In this document: one piece after another, positions 44,318 through 53,182 of the stretch
Layout: each line of letters begins with the position of its first letter
Position numbering within the stretch: the stretch's first letter is position 1
Origin: Rhodobiaceae bacterium
GTDB lineage: Bacteria; Pseudomonadota; Alphaproteobacteria; Rhizobiales; TMED25
Assembly: GCA_002704755.1 (NCBI GenBank)
Contig: PAHC01000018.1
Span: 37,869-101,868 of the forward strand
Direction of reading: 5' to 3'
DNA: 64,000 bases
The notes under the pieces: model-generated
What the model was told of the DNA's origin: nothing
Seen by the model: the letters and a program-made list of their open reading frames with translations, nothing else
Databases searched by the model: none
Translations under genes and position numbers: made by a program

Positions 44318-45649
44318 ATGGCATCTGCGGCTGAACAACTAGCGTCAAATATTAATTTTTCAACTTTTGCTAAAGCAAAAGATCTCAAGCAAAGAATCTT
44401 ATTCACTCTTGGCGCATTGCTTATATACCGATTAGGGACATTTATTCCTTTACCGGGCATAAATACGAGTGCATTAAATGATTTATTCCAACAAAATCAA
44501 AGTGGAATACTTGGTATGTTTGATATGTTTGCGGGTGGTGCTGTTGGGCGAATGGCAATATTTGCTCTCAACATCATGCCGTATATTTCTGCAGCTATTA
44601 TAATGCAACTCCTAGTAGCAGTTTCGCCAGCTCTCGGACAAATGAGAAAAGAAGGTGAAAGAGGGCGAAAACAAATAAATCAGTATACCAGATATGGTAC
44701 AGTATTCCTGGCTGCTTTGCAGGCTTGGGGTATTTCAATAGGTTTAGAAGGGGCTGGTGATATAGTAATTGATCCTGGTCTTTATTTTCGTATGTCAGCA
44801 GTTATAACCTTAGTTGGCGGGGTTGTTTTTCTTATGTGGATAGGTGAACAAGTAACGGCCAGAGGTATCGGAAATGGTATCTCATTAATAATATTTGCAG
44901 GTATTGTTGCCGAACTGCCCTCTGCTTTAGTAAATACTCTCGAATTAGGTAGACAGGGAGCACTATCAACATGGTTGATATTAGCTGTGATACTCCTGGC
45001 TATAGCAGTTATTGTTGTTATCGTTTACGTTGAAAGAGCTCAACGAAGGTTAATTGTGCAATATCCACGTCGACAACAAGGCAATAAGATTATTGAGGGT
45101 GATAGTTCCCACTTGCCACTCAAGATAAATACAGCCGGTGTTATTCCCCCAATTTTTGCTTCATCCTTACTGCTGCTGCCAATGACTGTTGCAAATTTTT
45201 CAACGGGACAGGGTCCAGAATGGCTAAATATAATAAGTTCGTATTTAGGTAGGGGGGCACCACTATACCTAACTTTCTATATATCACTAATTGTATTCTT
45301 TGCCTTTTTTTATACAGCAATCGTATTCAATCCATCAGATACTGCCGATAATCTAAAAAGACAAGGTGGATTTATTCCGGGTATTAGACCAGGTGAAAAA
45401 ACAGCAGAATATATAGATTATGTCTTAACAAGAATAACGTGTGTTGGTGCAGCATATTTAGCTGCAATATGTATTTTACCAGAGATATTAATGTCGTACG
45501 CAGCAATTCCTTTTTATTTTGGGGGAACGTCTTTATTGATCGTGGTTAATGTTACCATGGATACCGTCTCCCAAGTACAGAGTCACTTGTTAGCACATCA
45601 ATACGAAGGGTTAATCAAGAAGGCCAACCTTCGAGGTAAAAAGAGATGA
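44318..45649 (+). CDS. secY: Preprotein translocase subunit SecY
   Basis: 443 aa, 10 TM. Canonical SecY (GISLIIFAGIVAELP); end of the spc operon. Confidence 0.97.
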   Translation: MASAAEQLASNINFSTFAKAKDLKQRILFTLGALLIYRLGTFIPLPGINTSALNDLFQQNQSGILGMFDMFAGGAVGRMAIFALNIMPYISAAIIMQLLVAVSPALGQMRKEGERGRKQINQYTRYGTVFLAALQAWGISIGLEGAGDIVIDPGLYFRMSAVITLVGGVVFLMWIGEQVTARGIGNGISLIIFAGIVAELPSALVNTLELGRQGALSTWLILAVILLAIAVIVVIVYVERAQRRLIVQYPRRQQGNKIIEGDSSHLPLKINTAGVIPPIFASSLLLLPMTVANFSTGQGPEWLNIISSYLGRGAPLYLTFYISLIVFFAFFYTAIVFNPSDTADNLKRQGGFIPGIRPGEKTAEYIDYVLTRITCVGAAYLAAICILPEILMSYAAIPFYFGGTSLLIVVNVTMDTVSQVQSHLLAHQYEGLIKKANLRGKKR

Positions 45650-46227
45650 ATCTAATTTTATTAGGTCCACCAGGATGTGGAAAGGGTACACAGGCAACAT
45701 ATATTGTTGAAAAATATGACTACGTTCAGCTTTCCACTGGAGATATGCTAAGAGAAGCAATAAAAAACAATACTCCGACTGGTAAGATTGTCAAAAATGT
45801 CCTTGCAAGCGGCAAGCTTGTAGATAACGAATTAATTATACAGATAATGAAAGAAAAGATTGAAGAAACAGCAACTAGTCCAGGACGTATATTTGATGGG
45901 TTCCCGAGAACACTGGCTCAAGCAGAGAGTTTGAATGCACTGCTGTCTCAAAATAATTTAAGCATCAATTTGTTAATTGAATTGGTTGTAGATCAGGAAG
46001 AGCTATTTGAGCGTATAACAAAAAGGGCTTCTGAAAGTGATTCAGTTCGTGATGATGATAATGCTGATGTATTAAGAAAAAGATTAGATGTCTATAATAA
46101 AGAAACAAGGCCAATAATTGCATTTTATGAAAAAGATTTTTTTGTGAATAAAATAGATGGAATGCAGGATATCAGTACCGTAAATAAGCTTATAGATAAA
46201 TTGATAGAGAACAACACGAAGCACTAG
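45646..46227 (+). CDS. adk: Adenylate kinase (short-LID type)
   Basis: 193 aa. P-loop GPPGCGKGTQ. No Cys4 LID. ATGA overlap with secY. Confidence 0.95.
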   Translation: MNLILLGPPGCGKGTQATYIVEKYDYVQLSTGDMLREAIKNNTPTGKIVKNVLASGKLVDNELIIQIMKEKIEETATSPGRIFDGFPRTLAQAESLNALLSQNNLSINLLIELVVDQEELFERITKRASESDSVRDDDNADVLRKRLDVYNKETRPIIAFYEKDFFVNKIDGMQDISTVNKLIDKLIENNTKH

Positions 46228-46337
46228 AATTTTTGGATCGATTGTAATTGATAATGGTATTAAATATTGATATAAAAGCATGATAATTATGTCTAAATGT
46301 TTTTATCAAATATTTATCTTAAAAAAGGAGATATAAA

Positions 46338-46706
46338 TTGGCTAGGATAGCAGGAGTTAATATTCCAACGAATAAACGAGTTGAAATTGCTTTGACATCA
46401 ATACATGGTATTGGACCAATGAAGGCAAAAGAAATATGTACTAAGGTGAATATTGAAAGCACAAAAAGAGTAAATCAACTAACGGATGCTGAAGTTATAG
46501 CAATTAGGGAAGCAATTGATAATGATTATGTTGTTGAAGGTGATTTGCGTCGTGAAGTTGCAATGAATATAAAAGGAATGATGGATCTTGGATGTTACAG
46601 GGGGCTAAGGCATAGAAGAGGTCTTCCAGTAAGAGGACAAAGAACACATACAAATGCAAGGACAAGAAAAGGTCCTGCGAAACCAATAGCAGGCAAGAAG
46701 AAGTAG
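46338..46706 (+). CDS. rpsM: 30S ribosomal protein S13
   Basis: 122 aa. TTG start, 7 nt after [16 protein letters not shown]-terminus. Confidence 0.95.
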   Translation: MARIAGVNIPTNKRVEIALTSIHGIGPMKAKEICTKVNIESTKRVNQLTDAEVIAIREAIDNDYVVEGDLRREVAMNIKGMMDLGCYRGLRHRRGLPVRGQRTHTNARTRKGPAKPIAGKKK

Positions 46707-46715
46707 TGAGGATCC

Positions 46716-47105
46716 ATGGCCAAAGATAAAACGAGAGTAAAAAGACGCGAAAAGAAAAATATCTCATCTGGTATCGCGTATGTTAACGCAACATACAACA
46801 ATACTATGATAACAATAACAGATGCTCAAGGTAACGCAATATCATGGTCGTCTGCTGGTGGCATGGGTTTTAAGGGATCAAGAAAATCAACACCTTATGC
46901 GGCTCAAGTGGCTGCTGAAGATGCTGCAAAGAAAGCTATGGAGCATGGCATGGCAACCATTGAGGTAATGGTTAAAGGACCTGGAACAGGAAGGGAGTCT
47001 GCACTTCGCGCCCTACAATCTACAGGTTTTATAATAACATCAATAAAAGATGTTACTCCAATACCTCATAATGGATGTAGGCCTCCGAAAAAGCGTCGAG
47101 TATAA
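46716..47105 (+). CDS. rpsK: 30S ribosomal protein S11
   Basis: 129 aa. Canonical S11 ([14 protein letters not shown]). Confidence 0.96.
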   Translation: MAKDKTRVKRREKKNISSGIAYVNATYNNTMITITDAQGNAISWSSAGGMGFKGSRKSTPYAAQVAAEDAAKKAMEHGMATIEVMVKGPGTGRESALRALQSTGFIITSIKDVTPIPHNGCRPPKKRRV

Positions 47106-47148
47106 ACAATAGATAGCGCGTTAAATTTAAAACATTGAGGGAAATACC

Positions 47149-48165
47149 GTGATAGAAAAAAATTGGCAAGAGTTAATTAAACCAAATAAAATTGAATTAA
47201 AAGAGGATAACTCTGAAAAGAATATATCAGTTCTAACAGTAGAACCTCTTGAAAAAGGCTTTGGATTAACAATAGGAAATACACTAAGGAGAATACTTCT
47301 GTCATCTCTACAAGGTAGTGCGATTACATCCGTAAAAATTGATGGTGTTCTTCACGAGTTTTCAGCAATATCAGGAGTTAGAGAAGATGTAACTGATATT
47401 ATCTTAAATATAAAAGACATAGCACTGAAAATGCATATAGATTCAGAGGTGAAGCTTATACTTAATAAGACAGGTCCGTGTACAGTACTAGCTGGTGATA
47501 TAGAGTCATCATCTGATGTTGAAATACTCAATCCGGAAACGGTTATTTGTACACTTGATGATAAGGTTAATATCAGGATGGAGTTTATAGCAAGAACAGG
47601 AAGAGGCTATGTACCAGCTGAGAAAAATAGGTCCGAGGATGAGCCTGTTGGTTTAATACCAATAGATAGTTTGTTTTCTCCAGTAAAACGCGTTTCTTAT
47701 GAAATTGAAAATACAAGAGAAGGGCAAATATTAGATTATGATAAACTAAATATGACTATCGAAACGGACGGTTCTGTAAGACCTGAAGATGCAGTTGCGT
47801 TTGCTGCAAGAATTATGCAAGATCAATTAGATGTATTTGTTAATTTTGAAGAACCTGTTGCTCCAGTGATTGAAGATAAAGCACCTGAGTTAACATTTAA
47901 TCCAGCATTGCTTAAAAAAGTTGATGAACTTGAATTATCTGTTAGGTCAGCAAATTGTCTAAAAAATGATAATATAGTTTATATTGGTGATTTAATTTTA
48001 AAATCTGAGTCTGAGATGTTAAGGACACCTAACTTTGGTAGAAAATCACTTAATGAAATAAAAGAAGTGTTAGCTCAGATGGGATTACATTTAGGTATGA
48101 ATATACCAAATTGGCCTCCAGAAAATATAGATGATCTCGCAAAACGATATGAAGATAGTTACTAA
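47149..48165 (+). CDS. rpoA: DNA-directed RNA polymerase subunit alpha
   Basis: 338 aa, GTG start. NTD ([11 protein letters not shown]) and CTD ([13 protein letters not shown]). Confidence 0.97.
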   Translation: MIEKNWQELIKPNKIELKEDNSEKNISVLTVEPLEKGFGLTIGNTLRRILLSSLQGSAITSVKIDGVLHEFSAISGVREDVTDIILNIKDIALKMHIDSEVKLILNKTGPCTVLAGDIESSSDVEILNPETVICTLDDKVNIRMEFIARTGRGYVPAEKNRSEDEPVGLIPIDSLFSPVKRVSYEIENTREGQILDYDKLNMTIETDGSVRPEDAVAFAARIMQDQLDVFVNFEEPVAPVIEDKAPELTFNPALLKKVDELELSVRSANCLKNDNIVYIGDLILKSESEMLRTPNFGRKSLNEIKEVLAQMGLHLGMNIPNWPPENIDDLAKRYEDSY

Positions 48166-48191
48166 CAGGATAATAATTTAGGAGATTTATT

Positions 48192-48632
48192 ATGCGCCAT
48201 AATAATTCAGGTAGAAAACTTAATAGAACATCAAGCCACAGGAAGGCAATGTTCTCCAATATGGCAAATGCGCTGATCAAACATGAGCAAATCGTAACTA
48301 CTTTACCAAAAGCAAAAGAATTGAGACCAATAGTCGAGAAATTGGTTACCTTGTCAAGAACAAATAGCCTTCATAAAAGAAGGCAAGCAATATCTAAACT
48401 GGGTGATCTAACTATGGTATCTAAACTTTTTGATGTTCTTGGACCGAGATATGCTGAAAGAAGTGGAGGTTACACAAGAATTATTAAAGCTGGCTTTAGG
48501 TATGGTGACTCAGCCCCAATGGCAGTAATTGAATTTGTTGATAGAGATATTGATGCTAAAGGAAAAGACTCGGGTCCTATTCAAGTAGATGAAGTTGAAG
48601 AAGAATTAGAAAATACGAACGCTATTGCATAA
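48192..48632 (+). CDS. rplQ: 50S ribosomal protein L17
   Basis: 146 aa. [21 protein letters not shown]-terminus. Confidence 0.96.
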   Translation: MRHNNSGRKLNRTSSHRKAMFSNMANALIKHEQIVTTLPKAKELRPIVEKLVTLSRTNSLHKRRQAISKLGDLTMVSKLFDVLGPRYAERSGGYTRIIKAGFRYGDSAPMAVIEFVDRDIDAKGKDSGPIQVDEVEEELENTNAIA

Positions 48633-48635
48633 AGA

Positions 48636-49004
48636 ATGCTAAATATCCTATATGTAGGCTTAGGTGGCTTCATAGGTTCAGTTCTTAGATATTTTATTTA
48701 TATAGCCTCAAATTATTTTTTTAGCTCAAATCTTCCTTTTTCTACAATCATAGTAAATATAGTTGGTAGTTTTTTTATTGGGTTTTTTTACCAACTTTTT
48801 AATGGCTATCTTTTTATTTCTGAAAACACAAAATTATTACTAACAGTTGGTCTTCTCGGAGGATTTACAACTTTTTCTACCTTCTCAATCGATGCTTTTA
48901 TTTTGTACCAGAATTATGGTAAAATTTTCGCAGTAAGTTATATCATACTGTCAGTTGGACTATCTCTTTCTGCACTTCTATTAGGTATGTTTGTTCTTAG
49001 ATGA
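48636..49004 (+). CDS. crcB: Fluoride ion channel CrcB/Fluc
   Basis: 122 aa, 4 TM. GGFIGSVLRY, NIVGSFFIG and GGFTTFSTF motifs. Starts 3 nt after the rplQ stop. Confidence 0.88.
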   Translation: MLNILYVGLGGFIGSVLRYFIYIASNYFFSSNLPFSTIIVNIVGSFFIGFFYQLFNGYLFISENTKLLLTVGLLGGFTTFSTFSIDAFILYQNYGKIFAVSYIILSVGLSLSALLLGMFVLR

Positions 49005-49014
49005 ATGTAATGTA

Positions 49015-49917
49015 ATGAATAAGTTTGTTAAAAATGATGATTCAGGAATAAGATTAGACCGTTGGTTGAAAGAGAATTTAACAAATGCATCATTTATTGA
49101 AATTCAAAAAATTATAAGGACCGGGCAAGTACGAGTTGATGGTGGGCGAAAGAAATCTGACTATAGGGTATCGTCAGGTGATGAAATCCGTGTTCCGCCT
49201 AATTTTGAATTCAATGAAAAACAGAGATATCAGAACAATAAAAGAGAAAATTTACTTTTGTCAGATATGACCGTTTATCACGATAAAGATGTTATTGTAA
49301 TAAATAAGCCTTATGGGCTTCCTACGCAAGGTGGTGTGTCAGCTAGATATCATATTGACTCTATAATAAAATCAGAGGACTCAAGCTACAGACTTGTTCA
49401 TAGACTTGATAAAAATACTACTGGTGCGCTTCTTATTGCCAAAAACAGAAAGTCAGCCCAATATTATACTGAGGCTTTTAATAAAAGACTTATTAATAAA
49501 AAGTATCTAGCTCTTACAAATAATTTTCCAAAAAAAAATAATGGAGTAGTAGACTATCCATTGGAGTTAAAAAATAAGAAAATTACTAGTGCTAGTGATA
49601 AATTGCAGGAAGCATTAACTTATTTTAAAATAAAATCATCGAATCCTGATGGTGTATCTTTGATGGAACTGATGCCGCATACAGGTAGAAAACATCAGAT
49701 ACGTAAGCATTTATTGATGTTAGGTTGCCCTATTATTGGAGATACAAAATATGGAGATCAAAAATATCCTATGAGTATCCAAAAAAAGTTATATTTGCAT
49801 TCTTACGAAATAAATTTTCCAAATATTGAGAATACTAAAGATATTAATGTTGTTGTTGATACACCTTATCATTTTAAAAATGCAATCAGTAAGCTGGGGC
49901 TAAATTTGAATGGATGA
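49015..49917 (+). CDS. RluA-family 23S rRNA pseudouridine synthase (RluC-like) with N-terminal S4 domain
   Basis: Catalytic motif HRLDKNTTG. S4-like IRLDRWL. GRKHQIRKH. The start is ambiguous (ATG 48991 overlaps crcB; ATG 49015 is used here). Confidence 0.85.
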   Translation: MNKFVKNDDSGIRLDRWLKENLTNASFIEIQKIIRTGQVRVDGGRKKSDYRVSSGDEIRVPPNFEFNEKQRYQNNKRENLLLSDMTVYHDKDVIVINKPYGLPTQGGVSARYHIDSIIKSEDSSYRLVHRLDKNTTGALLIAKNRKSAQYYTEAFNKRLINKKYLALTNNFPKKNNGVVDYPLELKNKKITSASDKLQEALTYFKIKSSNPDGVSLMELMPHTGRKHQIRKHLLMLGCPIIGDTKYGDQKYPMSIQKKLYLHSYEINFPNIENTKDINVVVDTPYHFKNAISKLGLNLNG

Positions 49918-50608
49918 GTTAACAAATATCAGTAAAAAAAAGGTTGGGTTCATTGATAGAGATAACAAAATTTATTTAACAATTAATGGTAGTAAATATA
50001 AAACCAAAAATGGAAAAAATATCATTATTCCAAATGTTTATATTAAAGAATTAATACTTAATGAGATATCAGATAGAAATAATCATAAGACAAATATCAG
50101 TATGATAAACCTAATATTAAAATATAGTACATGGACAGAGGATTCTAAAAAATCTATCACATCTCAAATATTAAAATATCTTGAAACAGATCTATTGTTT
50201 TATAGAGTCAACTCTCCAGAGTCTTTAGCTAATAAACAAAAACAAATTTGGGATAATGCCCTAGATAAATTTGATAATATTTTTAATACAAATTGGAAAA
50301 CAACATCAAATTTACGCCCAATACAACAAAATCAGGAAAATATAGCTCTTGTTGAGGAGTATTTGGTTGGTCATGATAATTTTAAATTATTTATCATGTT
50401 TGAGTTAATAAAAATTAGTGGCTCCTGCATCTTAACTATTTTGGTAGTCCTCCAAAAAATTAAATTAGTTGAATTATGGAGCACGATTTATGTTGATGAG
50501 TTGTTTAACAACGAAATTTATCAGGACGTAAATAAAAAGAGTGAGTTAAAAATAAAAAAAGATGAGATTGCTTTTTTTATGAAGCTTATCAATTCAATCC
50601 AGAGTTAG
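49910..50608 (+). CDS. ATP12-family F1-ATPase assembly chaperone
   Basis: 232 aa. DLLFYRVNSPESLANKQKQIWDNALDKF, ISGSCILTILV and VDELFNNEIY align, from memory, with alphaproteobacterial ATP12 proteins. Linkage to rluC is typical. Confidence 0.65.
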   Translation: MDELTNISKKKVGFIDRDNKIYLTINGSKYKTKNGKNIIIPNVYIKELILNEISDRNNHKTNISMINLILKYSTWTEDSKKSITSQILKYLETDLLFYRVNSPESLANKQKQIWDNALDKFDNIFNTNWKTTSNLRPIQQNQENIALVEEYLVGHDNFKLFIMFELIKISGSCILTILVVLQKIKLVELWSTIYVDELFNNEIYQDVNKKSELKIKKDEIAFFMKLINSIQS

Positions 50609-51256
50609 GTTGCTTATTTTCTGCACCTTCCCGAATTCTTTCTCAAAGTTTAATATAAATTCTTGATCAAAATTATCGATAGAAATGTTTTCCTTAATAC
50701 TTTTAATACTCGTAACACTATATTCGGATAATCCACACGGTACAATCCCATCAAAATATTGAAGATCGGGATTTATATTTATTGATATTCCATGTAAGGA
50801 AATCCATTTTTTAACTTTCAAACCTATTGCACCTATTTTTTCTTCACCATTATTTGTTTTTATCCAAATACCAATCCTATCTCTTACAGGATATACATCC
50901 ATATCAAATTTTTTAAAGGTTTTTACTATTATTCTTTCAAGTATCATTATGAATTTGCGTATATCTTTATTGCTTCGTTCCAAGTTAATCATTAGGTATA
51001 TTATTCTTTGACCAGGCCCGTGATAGGTGTATTTTCCACCTCTCGGAGTTTTGTATACTGGGATATCTTTTGTATCAAGTAATTCATTATCTTTAGCACT
51101 TGACCCAGCAGTATAAACACTCGGGTGTTCTAGTAACCAAACAAGTTCATTAGCTTCACCACTGTGGATTAGAGAAGATCTTTTTTCCATAAATCTAGAT
51201 GCTATTTCATAATCAATGGGTGTTTTGCTTTTTAATAGTTCAACTTTTTTAAACAT
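50594..51256 (-). CDS. lipB: Octanoyl/lipoyl-[ACP]:protein transferase LipB
   Basis: 220 aa. RGGKYTYHGPGQ motif. Confidence 0.9.
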   Translation of the reverse strand: MFKKVELLKSKTPIDYEIASRFMEKRSSLIHSGEANELVWLLEHPSVYTAGSSAKDNELLDTKDIPVYKTPRGGKYTYHGPGQRIIYLMINLERSNKDIRKFIMILERIIVKTFKKFDMDVYPVRDRIGIWIKTNNGEEKIGAIGLKVKKWISLHGISININPDLQYFDGIVPCGLSEYSVTSIKSIKENISIDNFDQEFILNFEKEFGKVQKISNLTLD

Positions 51257-51330
51257 TATTTCTTTATTGGTTAATTATAATTGCTAAATATTAACATTCT
51301 AATATATTAAAGCATATATTAAAAATTTCT

Positions 51331-51417
51331 GCGATCGTGGCGGAATTGGTAGACGCGCAGCGTTGAGGTCGCTGTAGGGGAAACTCTGTGGAAGTTCGAA
51401 TCTTCTCGATCGCACCA
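51331..51417 (+). tRNA. tRNA-Leu (anticodon GAG)
   Basis: GCGATCGTGGCGGAATTGGTAGACGCGCAGCGTTGAGGTCGCTG...GAAGTTCGAATCTTCTCGATCGCACCA. It has a long variable arm and anticodon loop TTGAGGT. Confidence 0.9.
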
Positions 51418-51431
51418 AATCAATAAAATAA

Positions 51432-51779
51432 ATGATTATTCTACTTTCTACACTTCTTATCTTATTAATTTTAGCCTTGATAAAATTTAAATTACTTGCA
51501 TTCTTATTTTATTTAGTACCCTTTTTAGTTAAGATCAGAGATAGATTTAGCTCAATAAATAATCAGAATAAATCATCAAACGAAATATCAAATTTAGATG
51601 AAGCATACGAGATACTTGGAATTAATAAAAGTGCAAGTTTAGAAGAAATAGAGACAGCTTATAAAGATTTAATACGAAAAAATCATCCAGATAATGGAGG
51701 AACTGAGTATTTGGCGAAGAAGATCAATCTTGCGAGAGAGTATATAATAAAGGAAAAAAATTTACGGGAAAATAGATAA
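51432..51779 (+). CDS. Small membrane-anchored J-domain protein (Pam18/Tim14-like)
   Basis: 115 aa. Hydrophobic N-terminal ~33 aa, then a J-domain YEILGINKSASLEEIETAYKDLIRKNHPDNGGTEYLAKKINLAREYI with the HPD tripeptide. Confidence 0.7.
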   Translation: MIILLSTLLILLILALIKFKLLAFLFYLVPFLVKIRDRFSSINNQNKSSNEISNLDEAYEILGINKSASLEEIETAYKDLIRKNHPDNGGTEYLAKKINLAREYIIKEKNLRENR

Positions 51780-52730
51780 TATTTTATCAACTCTATCACT
51801 TAACCTATCAAACCTGGATGTATCGTTTTTTGATTCATAAATTAAATATTCGCTATCTTCGTTCATTTGATTTTTCTTTCTGTTTAGATACGGATTCATT
51901 TTTGGGAAATGAATAGTGTTTGCTTCCATTTTGAGTGATTTATTCAATACTTTTACCATATTACTATTTCTTGAATGTGAACTACTTCCACCCATAACAA
52001 TCGATATGATTTTTTTTCTATCCCGTTCAACATAAGAAATTAAGTTAAATCCTGACATACTAGTATAGCCAGTCTTCATTCCTTTTGTTCCTGAGTAATT
52101 GAACAGTAATTTGTTATGACTAACATATTTCTGTCCTTCAAAATTGAATTCCTTAAGTGCAAAGACCTTAGACTCATCAGGGTAATCTTTTAACATTCGT
52201 AAAGCAAGAATAGCCATGTCAAAAGCTGTTGTTTTTTGATGGTTGTTATGTAACCCAGATGCATTTTTAAATGTAGTATTTATCATCCCAAGATCTTTTG
52301 CTTTTTCTGTCATACGCAATGCAAATTTTTCTTCAGAACCCTCAAGATACTCAGCAATAGCCGTAGCAACATCATTCGCTGATTTCACTGCAAGTGCTTT
52401 TATTGCATTACTAACGCTTATAGATTCCCCTTCAGATATTCCTAGTTTTGATGCTGGCTTACGGGATGCATTTCTTGAAAATATTATTAAGTCTGATTTC
52501 TGAATCTTTCTTTTTTCTAAATCTTCAAAAACTAAATAAAGAGTCATAACTTTGGTTAATGAAGCCGGGTACCTTAATTGATATCCATTATTATTATGGA
52601 GAGTTTTTCCAGTTATTGCATCAAGGCTGAATGATGAATATTTAGGTGCAGCCTTGGCTTCGGTAAAAAAAGAAGTAATGCAAAGCATTAACATAAAATA
52701 TATTAAATATTTTACAGAATTATATTTCAT
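51762..52730 (-). CDS. Serine-type D-Ala-D-Ala carboxypeptidase (peptidase S11, PBP5/6-like)
   Basis: 322 aa. Signal peptide. SxxK (ASLTKVM), SxN (SANDVA) and KTG (MKTGYT) motifs. Confidence 0.85.
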   Translation of the reverse strand: MKYNSVKYLIYFMLMLCITSFFTEAKAAPKYSSFSLDAITGKTLHNNNGYQLRYPASLTKVMTLYLVFEDLEKRKIQKSDLIIFSRNASRKPASKLGISEGESISVSNAIKALAVKSANDVATAIAEYLEGSEEKFALRMTEKAKDLGMINTTFKNASGLHNNHQKTTAFDMAILALRMLKDYPDESKVFALKEFNFEGQKYVSHNKLLFNYSGTKGMKTGYTSMSGFNLISYVERDRKKIISIVMGGSSSHSRNSNMVKVLNKSLKMEANTIHFPKMNPYLNRKKNQMNEDSEYLIYESKNDTSRFDRLSDRVDKILSIFP

Positions 52731-52860
52731 GAAAAAAAATTAACATGTAAATATTATATTTTGATTAACTAGAATGGAAAATAATTAAAAAAATATTTTT
52801 TAAAATTGATTTTTATTTTTTACTCACCAAGTATATTATATGTAATTTTTTTATTTCTAG

Positions 52861-53181
52861 ATGATGCAAATGTCTGAAGATAATATATCTAATAATACGC
52901 AAACCATAACAAAGGATAAAGTTAAACGTCCTAGCATGTATGAGGTCATCCTTCTAAATGACGATTATACTCCTATGGAATTCGTTGTTGATGTTCTTAT
53001 GAGATATTTCAATAAGGATATTGATCAAGCGAATCAAATCATGATGCATGTTCATCGAAATGGAAAAGGTTTGTGCGGAATTTACCCCTTTGATATTGCT
53101 GAAACAAAAGTTATGCAAGTAATGAACTACTCAATAAAAAACGGTCATCCGCTACAATGTAAAATGGAGAAAAATAAATAA
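52861..53181 (+). CDS. clpS: ATP-dependent Clp protease adaptor ClpS
   Basis: 106 aa. [21 protein letters not shown] motif. Immediately upstream of clpA. Confidence 0.93.
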   Translation: MMQMSEDNISNNTQTITKDKVKRPSMYEVILLNDDYTPMEFVVDVLMRYFNKDIDQANQIMMHVHRNGKGLCGIYPFDIAETKVMQVMNYSIKNGHPLQCKMEKNK

Positions 53182-53182
53182 T

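Noticed and set aside
46228-46337. Looked for rpmJ (L36) or infA between adk and rpsM, as in many bacteria.
   Set aside because: The only ORF is an 18-codon [18 protein letters not shown] with no resemblance to L36. infA is at 15037. Absence here is normal for Alphaproteobacteria. The region probably just holds the rpsM promoter; several equally weak -35/-10 pairs exist, and I called none.
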